Source of the DNA: Negaprion brevirostris
Lineage: Eukaryota
DNA: 64,000 bases
Reading direction: 5' to 3'
Assembly (NCBI GenBank): GCA_030324005.1
Contig: JARDVH010000099.1
Location: forward strand, 16,022,778-16,086,777
The position numbers and the translations under genes are program-made. The notes below the pieces were generated by a model. It saw only the letters and a list, made by a program, of their open reading frames with translations. It ran no database searches and was not told the origin of the DNA. Each line of letters opens with the position of its first letter. The stretch's first letter is position 1. Shown here piece after piece: positions 49,164-63,200 of this stretch.

Positions 49164-50457
49164 CTACACGGGAATACATTGACAATATATTAAATAAACA
49201 TTTAATCTTCCTCCAACTTAATCGAGGTTTAAATATGCAAATGTGCTTTACCTCATTCAGCCTCATGTTAAGACACTCTAATGAGATGCCCATGTTTCTG
49301 CAAATAAGGACACACTTCAGCAATTCAGAAACAACCATCTCCCCACCCCTGTACCATTCTGTTTCTCTCCCCACATCAAAGGCAATCTGACTACCATGCA
49401 CATTTTTAGAACTTTAAGCATTAGCATAAGCCACTTCCAATCCAGTCACCTGGCATTCAGGTAAATTACCCCTCAAATAATCATGCATTTTTATTGCAAA
49501 CAAAAAAACCCAAACATTTCTCTGAAGGGTGAGTCTATTCAGAACATTTGGTCTTTTATCAGCTTCTTCCATTTTAGTTGGGGTTGCTACAATGCCAGTT
49601 GATTAGCCTTCTCCATTTCCTTCCATCAATCACCCATTCTTCTTCCAGTCTGTTGTTTAAGTCTCCTGCCACTGTATTCTTCCATCTGCTCTCAGGTTTT
49701 CCTCCTTTCTGTTTGTCTCATCTCCATCACGGATCTCACAACATGTCTTCCCTCTGTCTGCAGTGTACGACTATACCATTTCAATCTCCTCTTGGCTACT
49801 TNNNNNNNNNNNNNNNNNNNNNNNNNNNNNCCATTGATGTGCTGGTTCCTGATCTCTGCTTTTTCGTTAGAACATTTAATTTCAAGCTAATCTCATTAAA
49901 ATGTAACAAAAGCTGTGTTACGCCTTTCAGATTAGATCAAGATGTGGGGGACACAAACACTTCTCTCCTGAATGAACTGACTGCTTGTTCATTACAGTCC
50001 AGCAGGAACCACCTACTAGCTCATCCATTTGCTCATCATTCATCTGGGAGACTCAACAGTGAGATCCACCAACAGCAAGTGCCCTTTGATTATGAGGGAT
50101 GTTAGCCACCAGCTTGATTCTTCCTTGGCATGATATCTTCACACAAATATCCCCATCAGAGGATGATGACTAACAATCAGAGGGCCATGAGGTTCATTAA
50201 CTCAACACTGTGAGAATCAAACCTGCAACCCTTGGGATCTAAGCGGTGAGCTGTCTTAATCAGCTGAGAAACAAGAGAGATGCTCTGTAAATCTAATTAT
50301 TAATCTTTGAAGGAATACCATTCACATTAAGTTGCTGACTAAAGCCAATATTTTTTTCTAAATAGAAAGCCTCCCTCTGCTACCACTTGCATCAGAAGCA
50401 ATGGGTGAACATCCTCAAAGTACCCAATACACTGACTATGTTCAGTATATATTCAAT

Positions 50458-50682
50458 ACACTCAGAGTAGCAGGTGCCTGGAACTCACTGCCGGGGGAGG
50501 TAGTGGAAGTGGATACTGTAGTGACTTTTAAGGGATGTCTTGACAAGTACATGAATAGGTTGGGAATAGAGGGATATGGTCCCCGGAGGGGTAGGGGGTT
50601 TTTAGTTAAGTTGGGCAGCATGATTGGTGCAGGTTTGGAGGGCCGAAGGGCCTGTTCTTGTGCTGTAATTTTCTTTGTTCTA
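50458..50682 (+). mobile_element. Short, well-preserved CR1 3' end
   Basis: RVAGAWNSLPGEVVEVDTVVTFKGCLDKYMN; tail ggagggccgaagggcctgttcttgtgctgtaattttctttgttc. Confidence 0.85.
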
Positions 50683-53479
50683 AGATAATTCTAACCCCAA
50701 CATCTCGGTTGCAGATTCTTGCACCAACAATGATTCTCACCAGCCAATTGGGCTTGGGTCGCAGCAGTGTAGTGTTTATGTTCATTGGTTGTGCAAGTTC
50801 AAATTTACGCTGTCTCTTGGCAGTTTGAGAACATGAATTTTAAAACGTGGAAATAAAAGTGGTACTGATAAAAGTGACCATGAACTATCAGACTACTGTT
50901 AAAAACCCAATGCGTTCACTCATGTTTTTAGGGAAGAAAGCCTGTTGTCCTGGCCTGGTTTACATGCAAGTCAGTCAGTGCCAGAAAAGGATTGATTAAT
51001 ATGTCTTTTCCATTTTCAGAAATGCAAAACTGCTCTGCTGGCCTTGCCATTTCTTATCTTTATTATTTATTTAACAGCAATAGCTCCAGTAAGAGTCAAC
51101 GCATCATGAACCAGTACACTTAACAGAAATGACAATGTCAGGGACACCAATCTCTACTGAATCTTAATAGATTTGAGCGTACAAGTATAACACAGCAACA
51201 CACATCATTTGTGATCAGAGATGCACTATTGTCTCTGCAGTTACACATGGACAAACACATCTTAATTCAGCACTAATTGTAAACTGTATGCAATGCAACA
51301 TATTCCAATATAGCTGTAACATTGTACGTACATGTATTACACATGAGACATTAAGCCAAGATTCCATGGCATTATTTCTCCCATTTCCTGGTTACCACCC
51401 CTAAAAAAAATTCAGCTGCTTATCTTCTCACGCGCAACCCTGGTGCGCTCAAACTAGCTGTCTATATAACAGTGACTTCAGATCATAAGCATCTTTGATT
51501 CGCTGCAAATATCTTGGAACATCCTGAAGGTATGAATTGCGCTGAACAAATCTAAAATCTTTTATTACCTGTATTTCGCTAGTGTTAAGCTGTAATACAT
51601 GAAGACAATGAAAAGCGTAACAGATTAATATGCAAGAGGGGATTAGAAAGCTGTGGATCTCAGTTATGTTACAAGATAAAACAAAAATGCAGACGATCAG
51701 GAAAAGAACAACAAAGAGACTAGCAAGTGGAACGTAACAATAAAAAGATTATTCACACTTAGGAATCTTCTACTGGACTATTCAGTATATCAGAAAATAA
51801 GCTATTTTAAAATTAATAAGTGCCTTGTCCAAATAACTTCTATCTTTGAGTCTTTCAGACAATACATTAAATTGGGCCCAAACACACTTTTCATGAGAAT
51901 GGATAAAATTCCACAACACTGACGAAAATTTGGAAGTTCTCCTCGATGTTATGTTCCAATATGTATCCCTCAACCAACATCACCAGAACAGTTCAACTGG
52001 TCATTATTGCATCATTGTTTGTGGGATGCTGCGGTGCACTAAATGGTTGCTACGTTTTCTACACTATAACATAACTATAAAGCACTTTGAGACTTCTGTA
52101 AAAGTGCAGGTCCTCTTTCCTTAAGGCATCAGGACGTGACAAATCTTTAACTACATTCACTCCCATATTTCTTGGGGGCATCAACTCCTTTGCTGATTAG
52201 GGTCCTGCAAGCACATTCCTTCTCTGGAGAAATTAGTATCAATTGCATTTCACTGGAACGTAAAGTGTTCCACGGATGAAAATGCTTTTGACAAGGTGTT
52301 GCCAATGAAAAAGCATAAGAGAAAATTCCTATACTAATGGAACTACTAAACACAAGCCAACAAATCAAGCATTAGGGATTTAGCACCACTGTACTGTAAC
52401 AAAGAAAGGCAGTCGGCAAAAGACTAGAGTGTGAACAATAGGTAACTAGAAAAGCAGAATACTGCAGATGCTAGCAACAACTGGCACTGATATGAGAGGA
52501 TTTAGAAAAATGGAACTGGGCCAAGATCTCTTCAATATACTGAAGTAAAATCCAATGCAACATGATAATTGGGACCCAAGACAAATCTAAATTCTTAAGA
52601 TATTCGAATATTTCAGAATCCTGGAGAATCTTGTTCAATATTCCTTCTTCCCTTTTCACCTGGTTCACAAACATTGCTCCCCATTTCATTCTCTTTTATC
52701 AAGATAAGAATTCATCAATTCTCATCAACATTACCTGCTAGCTTTGGTTCATAAAGGATTCTCTCCTTAGGTACTTTATCAAAGGCTTTGGGAATCTGGG
52801 TAAACTACAAAATGTAGTCTTTTCTTTGTTGTCATTGAGCCTTTCCTATTATGTTTGTATTTTATCAACTCAAAAAATCTTTCAACTTACAAAAATGTCC
52901 TTAGACAGTTATTTTGTAGAACTATTACAGAAAAATTATAAATATCCTAAAACAAAAATGATCTACAATTCCTGCCAAAAAGAAAGTTGGCACTCAGTGC
53001 AGGCCAGCATTGTGGCAACAGCAGTCTCATCGATTTAAGCTTAATCCAGTTAGACTTCAGACAATCCCAAGGTTTCCCAGGACTAACTAGGCCACAATTA
53101 CATTAATTACCTCTGTCCCTCTCAGCTGATGATGGGGCAGAAGCTGAATGTGGGCAACAGAAGAAAGTGAGGTTATTCCATGAGGAAGGCAACCATCATG
53201 ACTGTTGGCAATTGCATCAAATTCAAAACCCACAAGGACACAGACATGCGACATGGATGGAGCACATTATTAAGAAAACAATAATGTTTTGGAACTGGGG
53301 ATCTGATCATGCAGACAAGAACATTCTGTTGCGACAAGCCCAAAGGGTTGTTGATTAAAGTAAGGAAAAGCTGACCAAAGGAAAAGAGTCATGACAATGT
53401 TAGTTTAAAACTTGACAGTGCATTAATAAGGCAACACCTGGACACCATTACTAAAGCAAAAGGCTGTGGAAATTGGAAC

Positions 53480-54420
53480 CTTTCCAATCCCCTTCTAAAG
53501 GGACCCTATGCGATACCCTGCTCCAATTCTCCATCATCCCCAACAACAAACAAACCTAGTGTTTNNNNNNNNNNNNNNNNNNNNNNNNNNNNNNNNNNNN
53601 NNNNNNNNNNNNNNNNNNNNNNNNNNNNNNNNNNNNNNNNNNNNNNNNNNNNNNNNNNNNNNNNTCATCCCCAACAACAAACCAACCTAGTGTTTTTCTT
53701 TCAAGCGCAGGAGGTCCAACATTTGGCCCTTTGGTCTCTTCTCTTCCCCTCCTGCAAGGTCCCAAAACACTCCTTCCATGTGTAACACATATTAACTTGT
53801 GCTTCATCCAATTTATTCTATTGTTTTCAAAGCTGACCACATGGACTCTTCTACACTGGGAAGACCAAATGCACACAAGGTTGCATTTATAGAACACCTC
53901 CGTACAATTGGCAAACACGATCCCAAATCTCTGATCATTTTAATTCCCCAGCTTCCTGCCACTCTGATCTGGCTGTCCTTGGAGCCCTGCAGTGTTCTGA
54001 CGAAGCTCAATGCAAGTTGGAGAACTTTTTTATGTCTGGGCACTTTACAGCTTACTAGACTCACCGTGTTCAACAATTTTAGTTCATAACCTCTGACCTC
54101 TTTCAGTTTTTTCCCACTACTTTCCCCTCTTCCTTTTCTTGACATTCATTCCTCCAGACATATTTGTTTCCTTACTTGCCTCATTACCACTCCCAATAGC
54201 CACGCATCATGAATCCCACTGCCATTTGTCCTCCATCCCATCACAGATCTACCTTTAACTTTTTTCACCCACCCTCCCCTCTTTCACCTGCTCAAAATCG
54301 ATCACATCTCTAAATTTTCCCAGTTCTGAAGAAATTTCACAAACCTCAAACTTACCTTTGTTTCCCTCTCCACAGACGATGTCAGACTTGCTGAATAGTT
54401 CCAGCATTTTCTATTTTTAT
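53480..54420 (+). mobile_element. Decayed Penelope-like element: GIY-YIG endonuclease remnant and 3' pLTR
   Basis: TCASSNLFYCF..GLFYTGKTK, FIEHLRTI..HDP, GTLQLTRLTVFNNF; 3' end ctctccacagacgatgtcagacttgctgaatagttccagcattttc; eroded hammerhead ctgaaga..caaac at 54326-54351. Confidence 0.8.
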
Positions 54421-55494
54421 TATAGTTGGGTACCATTGGCAGACAGAAGACAAGAATGGGTCAGACAACCATGGATGCAACAGCTGCACCAATATTTCTG
54501 ACCAGAATGGGGATCAGTACTTAATTTCTACATTAGTGCTGTAAGTGACTGGAATTGATTTTAAGCACGTCCATGCTCCATTCACTTCATTTTGCGGGAG
54601 ATACAGCTTGCTTTTATTAGAAGTTGCTGCAGTTTCGACTACAAATTCTGTTTGCTGAAGTTTAGGAGAGGCTGTCTTTAGATTGAGTCTGTAAATAGAC
54701 TGTTTGCTTTGCTGCGACATACACAACTTTGCTGTCGTTCCAGTGCCCACCCTTAACTCATTGGCTGACATTGTACTACCAATAAACATTCCACTCACCA
54801 CTTACTTTTTTCTGACTGCTAAAAGAGATAGTCTTTGGCTAAATAAATCTGACAAAATTGATCCAGAATAAATAACTGGAATCTGAAGCATTATTTGAAT
54901 TGTTTTGCTGTACAGAATTCTGTAGGAAAGTAGTATGCAAACATTAACTTTTAAGAAACACAGAAAGCAGATGACAGATAAATCTTAATTAGGTTTTATT
55001 GTAATTCAGAATGAGTATTAACTGGGCGCAAAACGTCGGACAAAAACTGTCCTCCTCCTGTCACTGTTGTGCTAATTGCTTTGTCAGGATATCTTAGAGA
55101 TTCAAACTTTCTTTGGTGGCTTACAGAGGGGATCGCAACAGAACCACTGTCTCAGGATTGATCCAGAATGTCTGTTGTGCCACGGTCACTAGATTGGATT
55201 ATTCTTCTGTTTGAGGGCAAACTACCATGAATTTATTTTAGGATGAAACGTAAAACTGGGATTCCACTGTTTACTTTCATATTACTCCTCAGCTACACAC
55301 CGTTAAAATGTTGGGTGACGAGATATCATTTAAAATGATTTAGGTGTGCAGCACTAGATTCTGTCAATCAACAAACCACTTTCACGACTATCCACTGCTG
55401 CTCCTTGCATCCTTTTGTGCAAATACAAACACCACATTTTCAATTAATCTATTCCCTGAAAATAAAATTCCCATAATCTCATTGACACACTTAC

Positions 55495-55557
55495 CTGATG
55501 TGGGAGATTTGCAGCGGTCATCTAGAGTTGTAGAACCCTCATTGATATCACAGAGAC
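55495..55557 (-). CDS. STXBP5: Tomosyn-1 coding exon (63 nt, start of hypervariable region)
   Basis: ctttgtcag|GT CTC...TCA G|gtaagt; GLCDINEGSTTLDDRCKSPTS, compare mammalian GLCDISEGTVVPEDRCKSPTS. Confidence 0.93.
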
Positions 55558-56905
55558 CTGACAAAGAAAGTCAACATGTTACCACAAAGAACACAATGAT
55601 AAGGGGGTTAAGTTTCCATTTGTTGAACTCCATTAATGCAGAAGAACATCTCAAGTCACTTCAGAGCCAAAACAGGCAAAAATGGACAGAAATAATTGCT
55701 CAAGAAAACAAAGTTACTCTGGAAAGCATTTGGGTCACAAAGGATCAGAATTTCATCACAGTGCTATGGGAATAAATGGGATGCCCGAGCAGCATAATGT
55801 CAATGTTTGTGGAACATTTCATCTTGAGATGGAGAACAGGTCAGAGAAACCACAGGGGATTCATAAGCCTGTTACAATCAATCAGAAAAGGCTTCCCTTT
55901 TTTTTGCTCCACTGCAGCAAAGTTTTGGAAGCCCTCAAATGAAATATTTTAGCTTTTTTTGATTCTTAAACCTGCCTAATGGACTGGGAGAACATTGCTG
56001 CATGACTGTACTTGAGGAGGAAACATTGGTCAGATTCTTAATGCACATAGAAAGTATATCAAAAGCCAGTTTCTTCTATTCAAGTCCATTCTTCCTGAAC
56101 ATTAACGCAGCCAGAGTCCATCCCTTTGCTACATTAATTCTCACGTCAATCTATTCTTATGATAAATTCTCACATTGGAATGCATTCATCTAGTATGTTA
56201 TGTCTTCAATCAAAGCCAAGCTTCTTTGCTACACTAATTATGCCATCAAAGCAAATCATTCTGTGTAGTAATTCATCTAAAAACCCACCTCTCTCATGCA
56301 GTACTCATCCTACTGAAGCCCCTCCCACCAGGACATTTAATTCCCAAAATCCTTATCTCATGATGGCAATCCAAGATAACTTTTAATTATTCTAAAGTAG
56401 AATCTGTATTCTATGTGCCCGACGATACATTTCACCCCGGAGCCAGATCATAAATGAAAACATACATTTAACCAGGCATCGCACAAAGCCACATGGCAGA
56501 CAAGTGCAGGGATCTTGTAACTGAACAGCTAGTATCTCCCTGCCCTTCAATGAACTTTGGTTGAACTCCCAAAAGTCTCCTTGCAAATTTCAATTCACAG
56601 TGAACTGCATCATACTGAATATTCAGATTTAGACTCCTATTTCTGTTTCTAGTGGGACCAGCTAATCTACGGTACCGGTTACACACCAGGACAATACAGT
56701 GAAAGTCTATCCTCATGTGTCAACAAACATTGTAAAGCAATGTTGGAATTTACAGAACAAAAATGTATTTTCAGAACACTTCCAAAATATAGCATGATGC
56801 ATGTCCATCCTATCTGACAAAACAGTGCATGTTCCTCAACTTGTATCTCATGTTTTTTGCTGCATGAATTCCTGAATCTCAACAGGCAGAACCTACCAAC
56901 GATAA

Positions 56906-57036
56906 GTTATGATGTAGCAATGTCAGTGTTGGACTAGGATAGGCACAGTAAGAAGTCTCACATCAGGTTAAAGTGCAAGAGGTTTAGAAAAAGAAACCTC
57001 TTGCACTTTAACCTGGTGTTCAGAGACTTCTTACTG
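56906..57036. mobile_element. Short Penelope-type palindrome related to 44046-44270, centre deleted
   Basis: Inverted repeat at 56946-57036 (cagtaagaagtctc..aggttaaagtgcaagaggttt / reverse), one-sided extension, TSD AACGATAA at 56898-56905 and 57037-57044. Confidence 0.75.
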
Positions 57037-59039
57037 AACGATAAACTTACTTCTAGGCTTCTTCAACAATTCACAAAGCTTGTGTTCAAAGTGACCATGA
57101 TATAAAAAAAAGAGACATACGAAATCCAGCTACTTAGAACAGACAACCATGATCAGCGAAGAAAACAGAATGTTTAGTCAGAGTCCAAAGACTGAATCAG
57201 GAGAAAAGAGCAAAGAAGCCTAGTTTCTTCAATCTTGAAAGGAGTCCAGGATGGATGCCTCAGAGGTAAACCAAACTAAAATAGATGTTATCATTAAAAT
57301 ACTATCTCCTCCAGTGGTCTAATGACATGCAACCCTCTGCTGCCAGCAAACACTTGGGCTGGACTGATCATTAAATTTTTGCTGATCTGTCTGTTTTATG
57401 AGGCCAACATAGGAGTTGTCATCACCTGGTTGATAATATAAGAGACAGCGAATGTTGATTCTCCTGCCAAGTGGAATATTCTCCATTGAAGCTTCAGCTT
57501 CCTACCTTAAATAAAACTGCTCAACCTATTTAACACAAGCACCCTCTTATAGAGCAGCTATTGAAACAAAGTCACTCAAGAGCAGTTCCAAGCATTATGC
57601 AACCAAAGCGTGCAGCTGTAGTAGACTATTTTTAATTGTTCATGTGCAAAGATAAAAGGGACCCATTGAGAATGATTTCAATAGCTGATGCGATGTATAG
57701 TAACTTCAAAATCCAAACATAAGACAGAAGTTTGTATCAGCGTGAGATGACTTACTTAGATATGAAGAACGTAGTCTTTTCACAGACTCAGAATATAAAC
57801 TAGAAAGACCACACATGCAAGAAGTCACCGTCAGCATGCCTTAGGACGCAGTAGAAAAAAAGCACAACACCAAAATAATAATTTGGCTGTAATAACCTGC
57901 AGAACAAAACTTAGAACACAGCAACAGATAATGCAATCTGTATAAAGACAGGAAATTAAAATCAGAAATCACTGGGGCTATTTCCACATGACTTTTTCAT
58001 GGCCCCAAAATAATATTCATGATATGTAGGAAAATCACATGCTAAAGTAGAGTTCAAGCCTGAAGAATGCAGGATATTAAAAGAAAAAACCTTTTGGTTC
58101 CATAAGCTGTATTAACCTTCTCATCAGTCAGCTGACATGTATTTAATGTGTGTGTTAAAAGTTACTGGAGAACTTCAAGTTACTGAATTATAAAAGATGG
58201 AGATAAAATGGAATTAACAACTTGTGAAGAGGAGCTCAGTGCAGTAGGTAGGTCATCTTGCAAAATGGCTGTTTTGAAAATGCTCCGAGTGAACAGCGAG
58301 TGGGATTGCTCCCAAGGATGGTGGACATGGACTGAATGGCCTCCACTTCTGTTCTGCAGATTTCTAGGGTCTATGTTGAGAAGCAAGGCTGCTCCAAAGC
58401 TAGAAGTAGAAAATGACAATCCTGACAATTATGTTAAGTAGAAGCTGGGTCTGGGTAACATTCTCTGTATCTGCTGCTTCCGTGTCATATGTAAAATTCT
58501 GTCCTTCCTCACAACTGGTCAAAAGTGTCCTTCTCATTGTTTTGTGTTCTCTTGCTGGAATACCGCGATCTATTTTCAGGTATGCTTTAAGATTACCTAA
58601 TTTTTTACACTTCAACTAGATAATCTCCTTTTGAAGGCTAAAAGCACTCCATGATCCCCTGTCCTTCCTCTGACACTGGGGATCACCCTCCTGTCTCTTC
58701 TCTGCAATGCTTCCCTGGCTCAAATATTTCTCTCTCTTGTTGACCCAGAGTGAACTCAGTACTCGAGATCTGTCCATAATCAGGAACTGTTCAATCTTAG
58801 AACCATATGGTCTCCTTGCATTCACTGAAGGAGTGATACAATTCAGCACTTCACTCATTGTGGAGGAGCAATGAATGCAGTGATGGTAAATGTTAATCTA
58901 TGAGCAGTTACACATTTTTTTCTGTTTTAGCTTTAGTTGTTTCTTTTGTATCATATAAGCACAGGGGGTCACTCCTGTGTTGCCTCTATAAAGAGCTATC
59001 CAAGTAGTCTCATCTCTGGTGCCTTTTCAAGTTAATACT

Positions 59040-59190
59040 ACTCAGCATACATCTTTGGATTGTGGGAGGAAACCGGAAACCCATGCTGACACAGGGAAAA
59101 TGTGCAAACTCCACACAGACAGTGACCCAAGCTGGGAATCAAACCCGGGTCCCTGGCGCCATGAGGCTAACCACTGTGCCACCATGCTGT
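59040..59190 (-). mobile_element. HE1-like V-SINE 5' half
   Basis: Reverse tRNA head and part of V-domain. Confidence 0.8.
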
Positions 59191-59912
59191 CCCAAAACTT
59201 GACTGATTGTCCTTAACATCTGCAAATTTGACTGTTTTTGCTGGTCAGAATAAGACAGCAAAAAGGTCACTTGACCCACAGATATTGCGTCACTCTCCAC
59301 TTTTCCTTATTCCAGGCCTCACAAGCCTACTCTACTATTCAATAATGACTGACCTGAATGTGGTCTTAATACCCCACCACCACCTTCTCAAAATCCCCGG
59401 ACTCCCTTATAGATCCAAATCTTTAGGATCAAAATCTTAGAAGCTCCAGCACCAATTCCTGAGCTATCTCATTTAGGTCCTATTGCTCGACTAACAAGTT
59501 CACACAGTCTGCTTTCCTTCTGTCAATTTCTTATCCAGATCAATTTGTTCTGATTTCAGTGAGGCACTTTAATGAGAATACTTGCAACATTCGCATTCTG
59601 CCTGCAGAACACTTTTTATTTAATTCTATCCCAAGGAAATAATAAAAAGCAATTCATTCAATGAACTCAGGCCGTTGATGATACTCCCTTCAAAAGGGAA
59701 CCTTTCCATCACATCAGTGGCGGTTGTTGCTCAGCTCTTCGTGCTGCCTTACAGAACCTGGACACGAGCAAATAGCTCACCGCACTGGGCTTCTGCCTAA
59801 TTAATGCTTCCACACTACAGATTCCTTCTTACATAGTGCCCAAGTTGGTTGAGCACATCAAATCTATTTTAACTCCAGAAGGTGTTACAAAAGTAGAAGC
59901 ATCAGTGCTTAC

Positions 59913-60064
59913 CTCCTGAGGCTTGTCGTGTTTTACGTGGGGACTTTGGTTGTCTCTGGTACGGGTCGTTCGACCCATATAGTTCAATTGTGCCCAGGTT
60001 TAGCAGCACAGTTTTCTGAATGTAATCTACCATTGCAATGCCATTGCAGTTTCCAAACACCAAA
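59913..60064 (-). CDS. STXBP5: Tomosyn-1 coding exon
   Basis: ttctctttag|T TTG GTG...TCA GGA G|gtaagc; 152 nt; LVFGNCNGIAMVDYIQKTVLLNLGTIELYGSNDPYQRQPKSPRKTRQASG; phase fits neighbouring exons; absent from the ORF track. Confidence 0.95.
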
Positions 60065-62324
60065 CTAAAGAGAAAAATGCATTATATTAACGAACATCTT
60101 CAGTCCAACAATAAATCCCAAACACTCAAACCTACATCTTTTCTTGAAAATCCAGTGCTTTAAGCGAATGCATGCCTATAAACCAGAAGTTGACTAGAAA
60201 GGACAATGGAATACATTCTAATCTCTCACATCAACAGCATATCCCTTGTTCTAACATTACCATTAAGCTAGTGGAGAAAATCTACTTCAATAGGAGTGCA
60301 GAAGAGCATGCCAGGAGTACCATTAGGCACTCTTAAAAATGAGGTGTCAAACTGGAGAAGTTATGATGGAAGTGATCCCACAACCAGTGGATCCCATTAA
60401 AACTCTGCACTCCTGCCATATCCTGTTCTGAATGATGGGGGACAATCAAATAACAGATGGAGGGCAATCAAACAACAAATGGAAGGAGCTGACCAATGAA
60501 TATCCCCATCCTCAACCTAGGATAATGGAAGCCAGTAGGAATATGGGCAAATCCTATCCATCTCACCAATTGGTGTTTTTCCTGACATACTTTTAGGTGG
60601 TTTGGTTGTCAATCCTAAAAAATCAGTAGTGTTATTTGGGGAGATTTTTGTGTGTGTCTTTATCCAGACACACTGGATTTCTGGAGTACAGCAAGTGGGT
60701 CAGAATGCTCACCTCAAAGGCTAGCTAAGGCATAGATCCAGGATAAATTCCCCAATTAAATCTGTGTAATAACAGGCTGCATGTATATAACAGTTCATGC
60801 AACAAAATACGCCAAGAGGTTTTCAAAACATCAACTTATTTAATGTCTTTCATAAAAATGATTAATGAAAACTTGATTCCAAGCCACAAAATACAATTTC
60901 AGGAGTTGGCCTATTGCATGGTTAAAAAAGATAGATTTTTGAGGAGTGTCTTAAGAGTGCACAGTAAAGACACATATGTCTAGAAAGTTAACGTAGCAAT
61001 TAGTTCACAGATCATTGAATGATGGAACTGACTCAATATGATAACCAGCATACCTGTTCTTTTATGTTCTCAGAGATTTAGGGAGAGCATTGAAATCCTT
61101 AAGTATAAATTCTGTGGCTAAAACAGCAGGTAAGGTGCTGGGGATTCAGTGGCGAGTAACTCATCTGTACTCCCCAAAACCTGCCACCATCTACAAGGCA
61201 CGAGTCTGGAATGTGACAGAATGCTCTCCACTTCCTAGATGAGTGCGGCTTCAACAACACAAGTTAAATACCAACCAGGACAAAACAGCCCGGCAGCCTC
61301 CATCTACCAGCTTAAACATTAATTCAGTGCACCATTGGCATACAGTGGCAGTAGCGTGCACATCTACAAGATGCACAACTTGCAACAGCTCCTAAGACAG
61401 CACCTTCTGCCAATCTCAACGGCAGGCAAGGACAAGGGAAAGAGATGCATGAGATCATCACCTGAAAATCTTACCCCTCCAGCCTACCCCAAGCCATTTG
61501 CATGCATCTGCACTGGATGGACTATGCCAGGTGATTCACCTCTACCATCTCAAGGGAAATTAGGGATGGACAACAAATGTTGGCCTTGCCAGTAATGCTC
61601 GTATCCCAGAAATGAATAAAGAATACATGCAATGTCATGGAGGTAAAAGTAGGCGTTGCTGATGGCACGGGTATGGAGCTAGACACTAAACTCAGCGTCA
61701 ATTAGGACAATCAAAGTTACCAATCATTTGGTTCGGCCTCAAACACAGAACGCAGAGGGATGGAGTCAGTGGCCAGTAAATCAAGATTACAGCAGGGACC
61801 AAAGGCAACGGCTTCAGTCCTCTCAGTATTTAAGTGAAGGAAATTTCTGCCCATTGTATAACTGGATGTCAGATGAGCAGTGACAAATTAGCAACAGCGG
61901 AGGGGTTGAGAGAACTGGTGGTGAGGTCAAACCAGATATAGTCATTGTACATGTGGAATCTGGCATTGTTTTNNNNNNNNNNNNNNNNNNNNNNNNNNNN
62001 NNNNNNNNNNNNNNNNNNNNNNNNNNNNNNNNNNNNNNNNNNNNNNNNNNNNNNNNNNNNNNNNNNNNNNNNCACCCCCACCCCCTCCACACCACCCCTT
62101 GCTCTAAAGATGGAATGAGGATACAGGGTCAGTTAGAGGAGCACCAACTGCTACAGGAGAGAAGGACAGGAAGGTGAGACCTCCTCCACCAGGACCTCCA
62201 GTAGGGTATCCATGTAACCACATCCTCTCCCTTGATCTCTGAGCCATGCTGGGGGAAAGAAAAAAAACTTGCAGCCAATGAAATGCAGTTTGAACTGTAG
62301 TCATTGTCATAACGAATCAAAGAA

Positions 62325-62870
62325 AAGTACAGCACAGGAACAGGCGCTTTGGCCTTCCTAACTAATCTTAACGAAGAACCTTCTGCTCTTGGTCAGCAAG
62401 CCTCCATTCCCTCCCTTCTCAGGTGCCCATCCAGATGTCTCTTGAACGTTGTGAATGTGTCTGCTTCCGCCACCTCCTCTCCAGCAAATTCCAGTCATCC
62501 ATCACTCTGTGTGAAAACCTGGCCCACACATGTCCCTTAAACTTTCCCTCTCTGCCCCCGTTGTAAGAGAAAATTCCAACCTGGAAAAAAACCTCTGAGT
62601 ATTCATCCCATCTATTCCTCTCATAATTTTGCAGACCTCTATCAGGTCTCCCCTCAGCCCCCATCTTTCCAGTGAAAACAATCCTCCAAACTCTCCTCAT
62701 ACCTAATACCCTCAAGATCAGACAACATCCTGGGTGAGCCCTCTTTGCATTCTCTCTAAAGTTCCCATGTCCTTCTGGTGGTGTGGCAATCAGAACTACA
62801 CAAATACTTCAAATGTGGCCAAACCAAATTTTTATATAGCTGCAATATGATTTACCAACTCATATACTCA
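62325..62870 (-). mobile_element. CR1 LINE 3' end
   Basis: ARFSHRVMDDWNLL..; aaagtacagcacaggaacagg reverse tail. Confidence 0.8.
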
Positions 62871-62879
62871 ATGTAGGAA

Positions 62880-63200
62880 ATGCAGCAGCTAAGTTACATT
62901 TAGCAAATTCCCACAAATGGCAAAGTGACATCTGCTTTCTTTTGTGATACTGATTGAGGAATACCTATTGACCTGGACAGCTAGGGTAACTCGCATGTTC
63001 TTCTTCAAAATAATGTCATGCGATCTTTTACATGGAGCCTCAGCTCAACATCTCATTCAAAAAGCAGCACCCTGGACAGCTCAATCCCCTCAGTAATGCA
63101 CTGGAGTATCAGCCTTGATTTTTGTGCTCAAGTATAGAAGTGTGACTTGAAGTCTGACACCTGTGATTCTGAGATGAGTATACTACCAAGAGTACCACAG
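62880..63200 (-). mobile_element. DeuSINE (SacSINE1-like)
   Basis: Reverse head ..ctcagaatcacagg..ttcaagtc and gctgatactccagtgcattactgaggg core. Confidence 0.6.

Noticed and set aside
58400-58858. Two abutting same-frame minus-strand ORFs separated by one stop
   Set aside because: No recognisable domain, no splice signals linking them to STXBP5, and no missing tomosyn sequence between the flanking exons.
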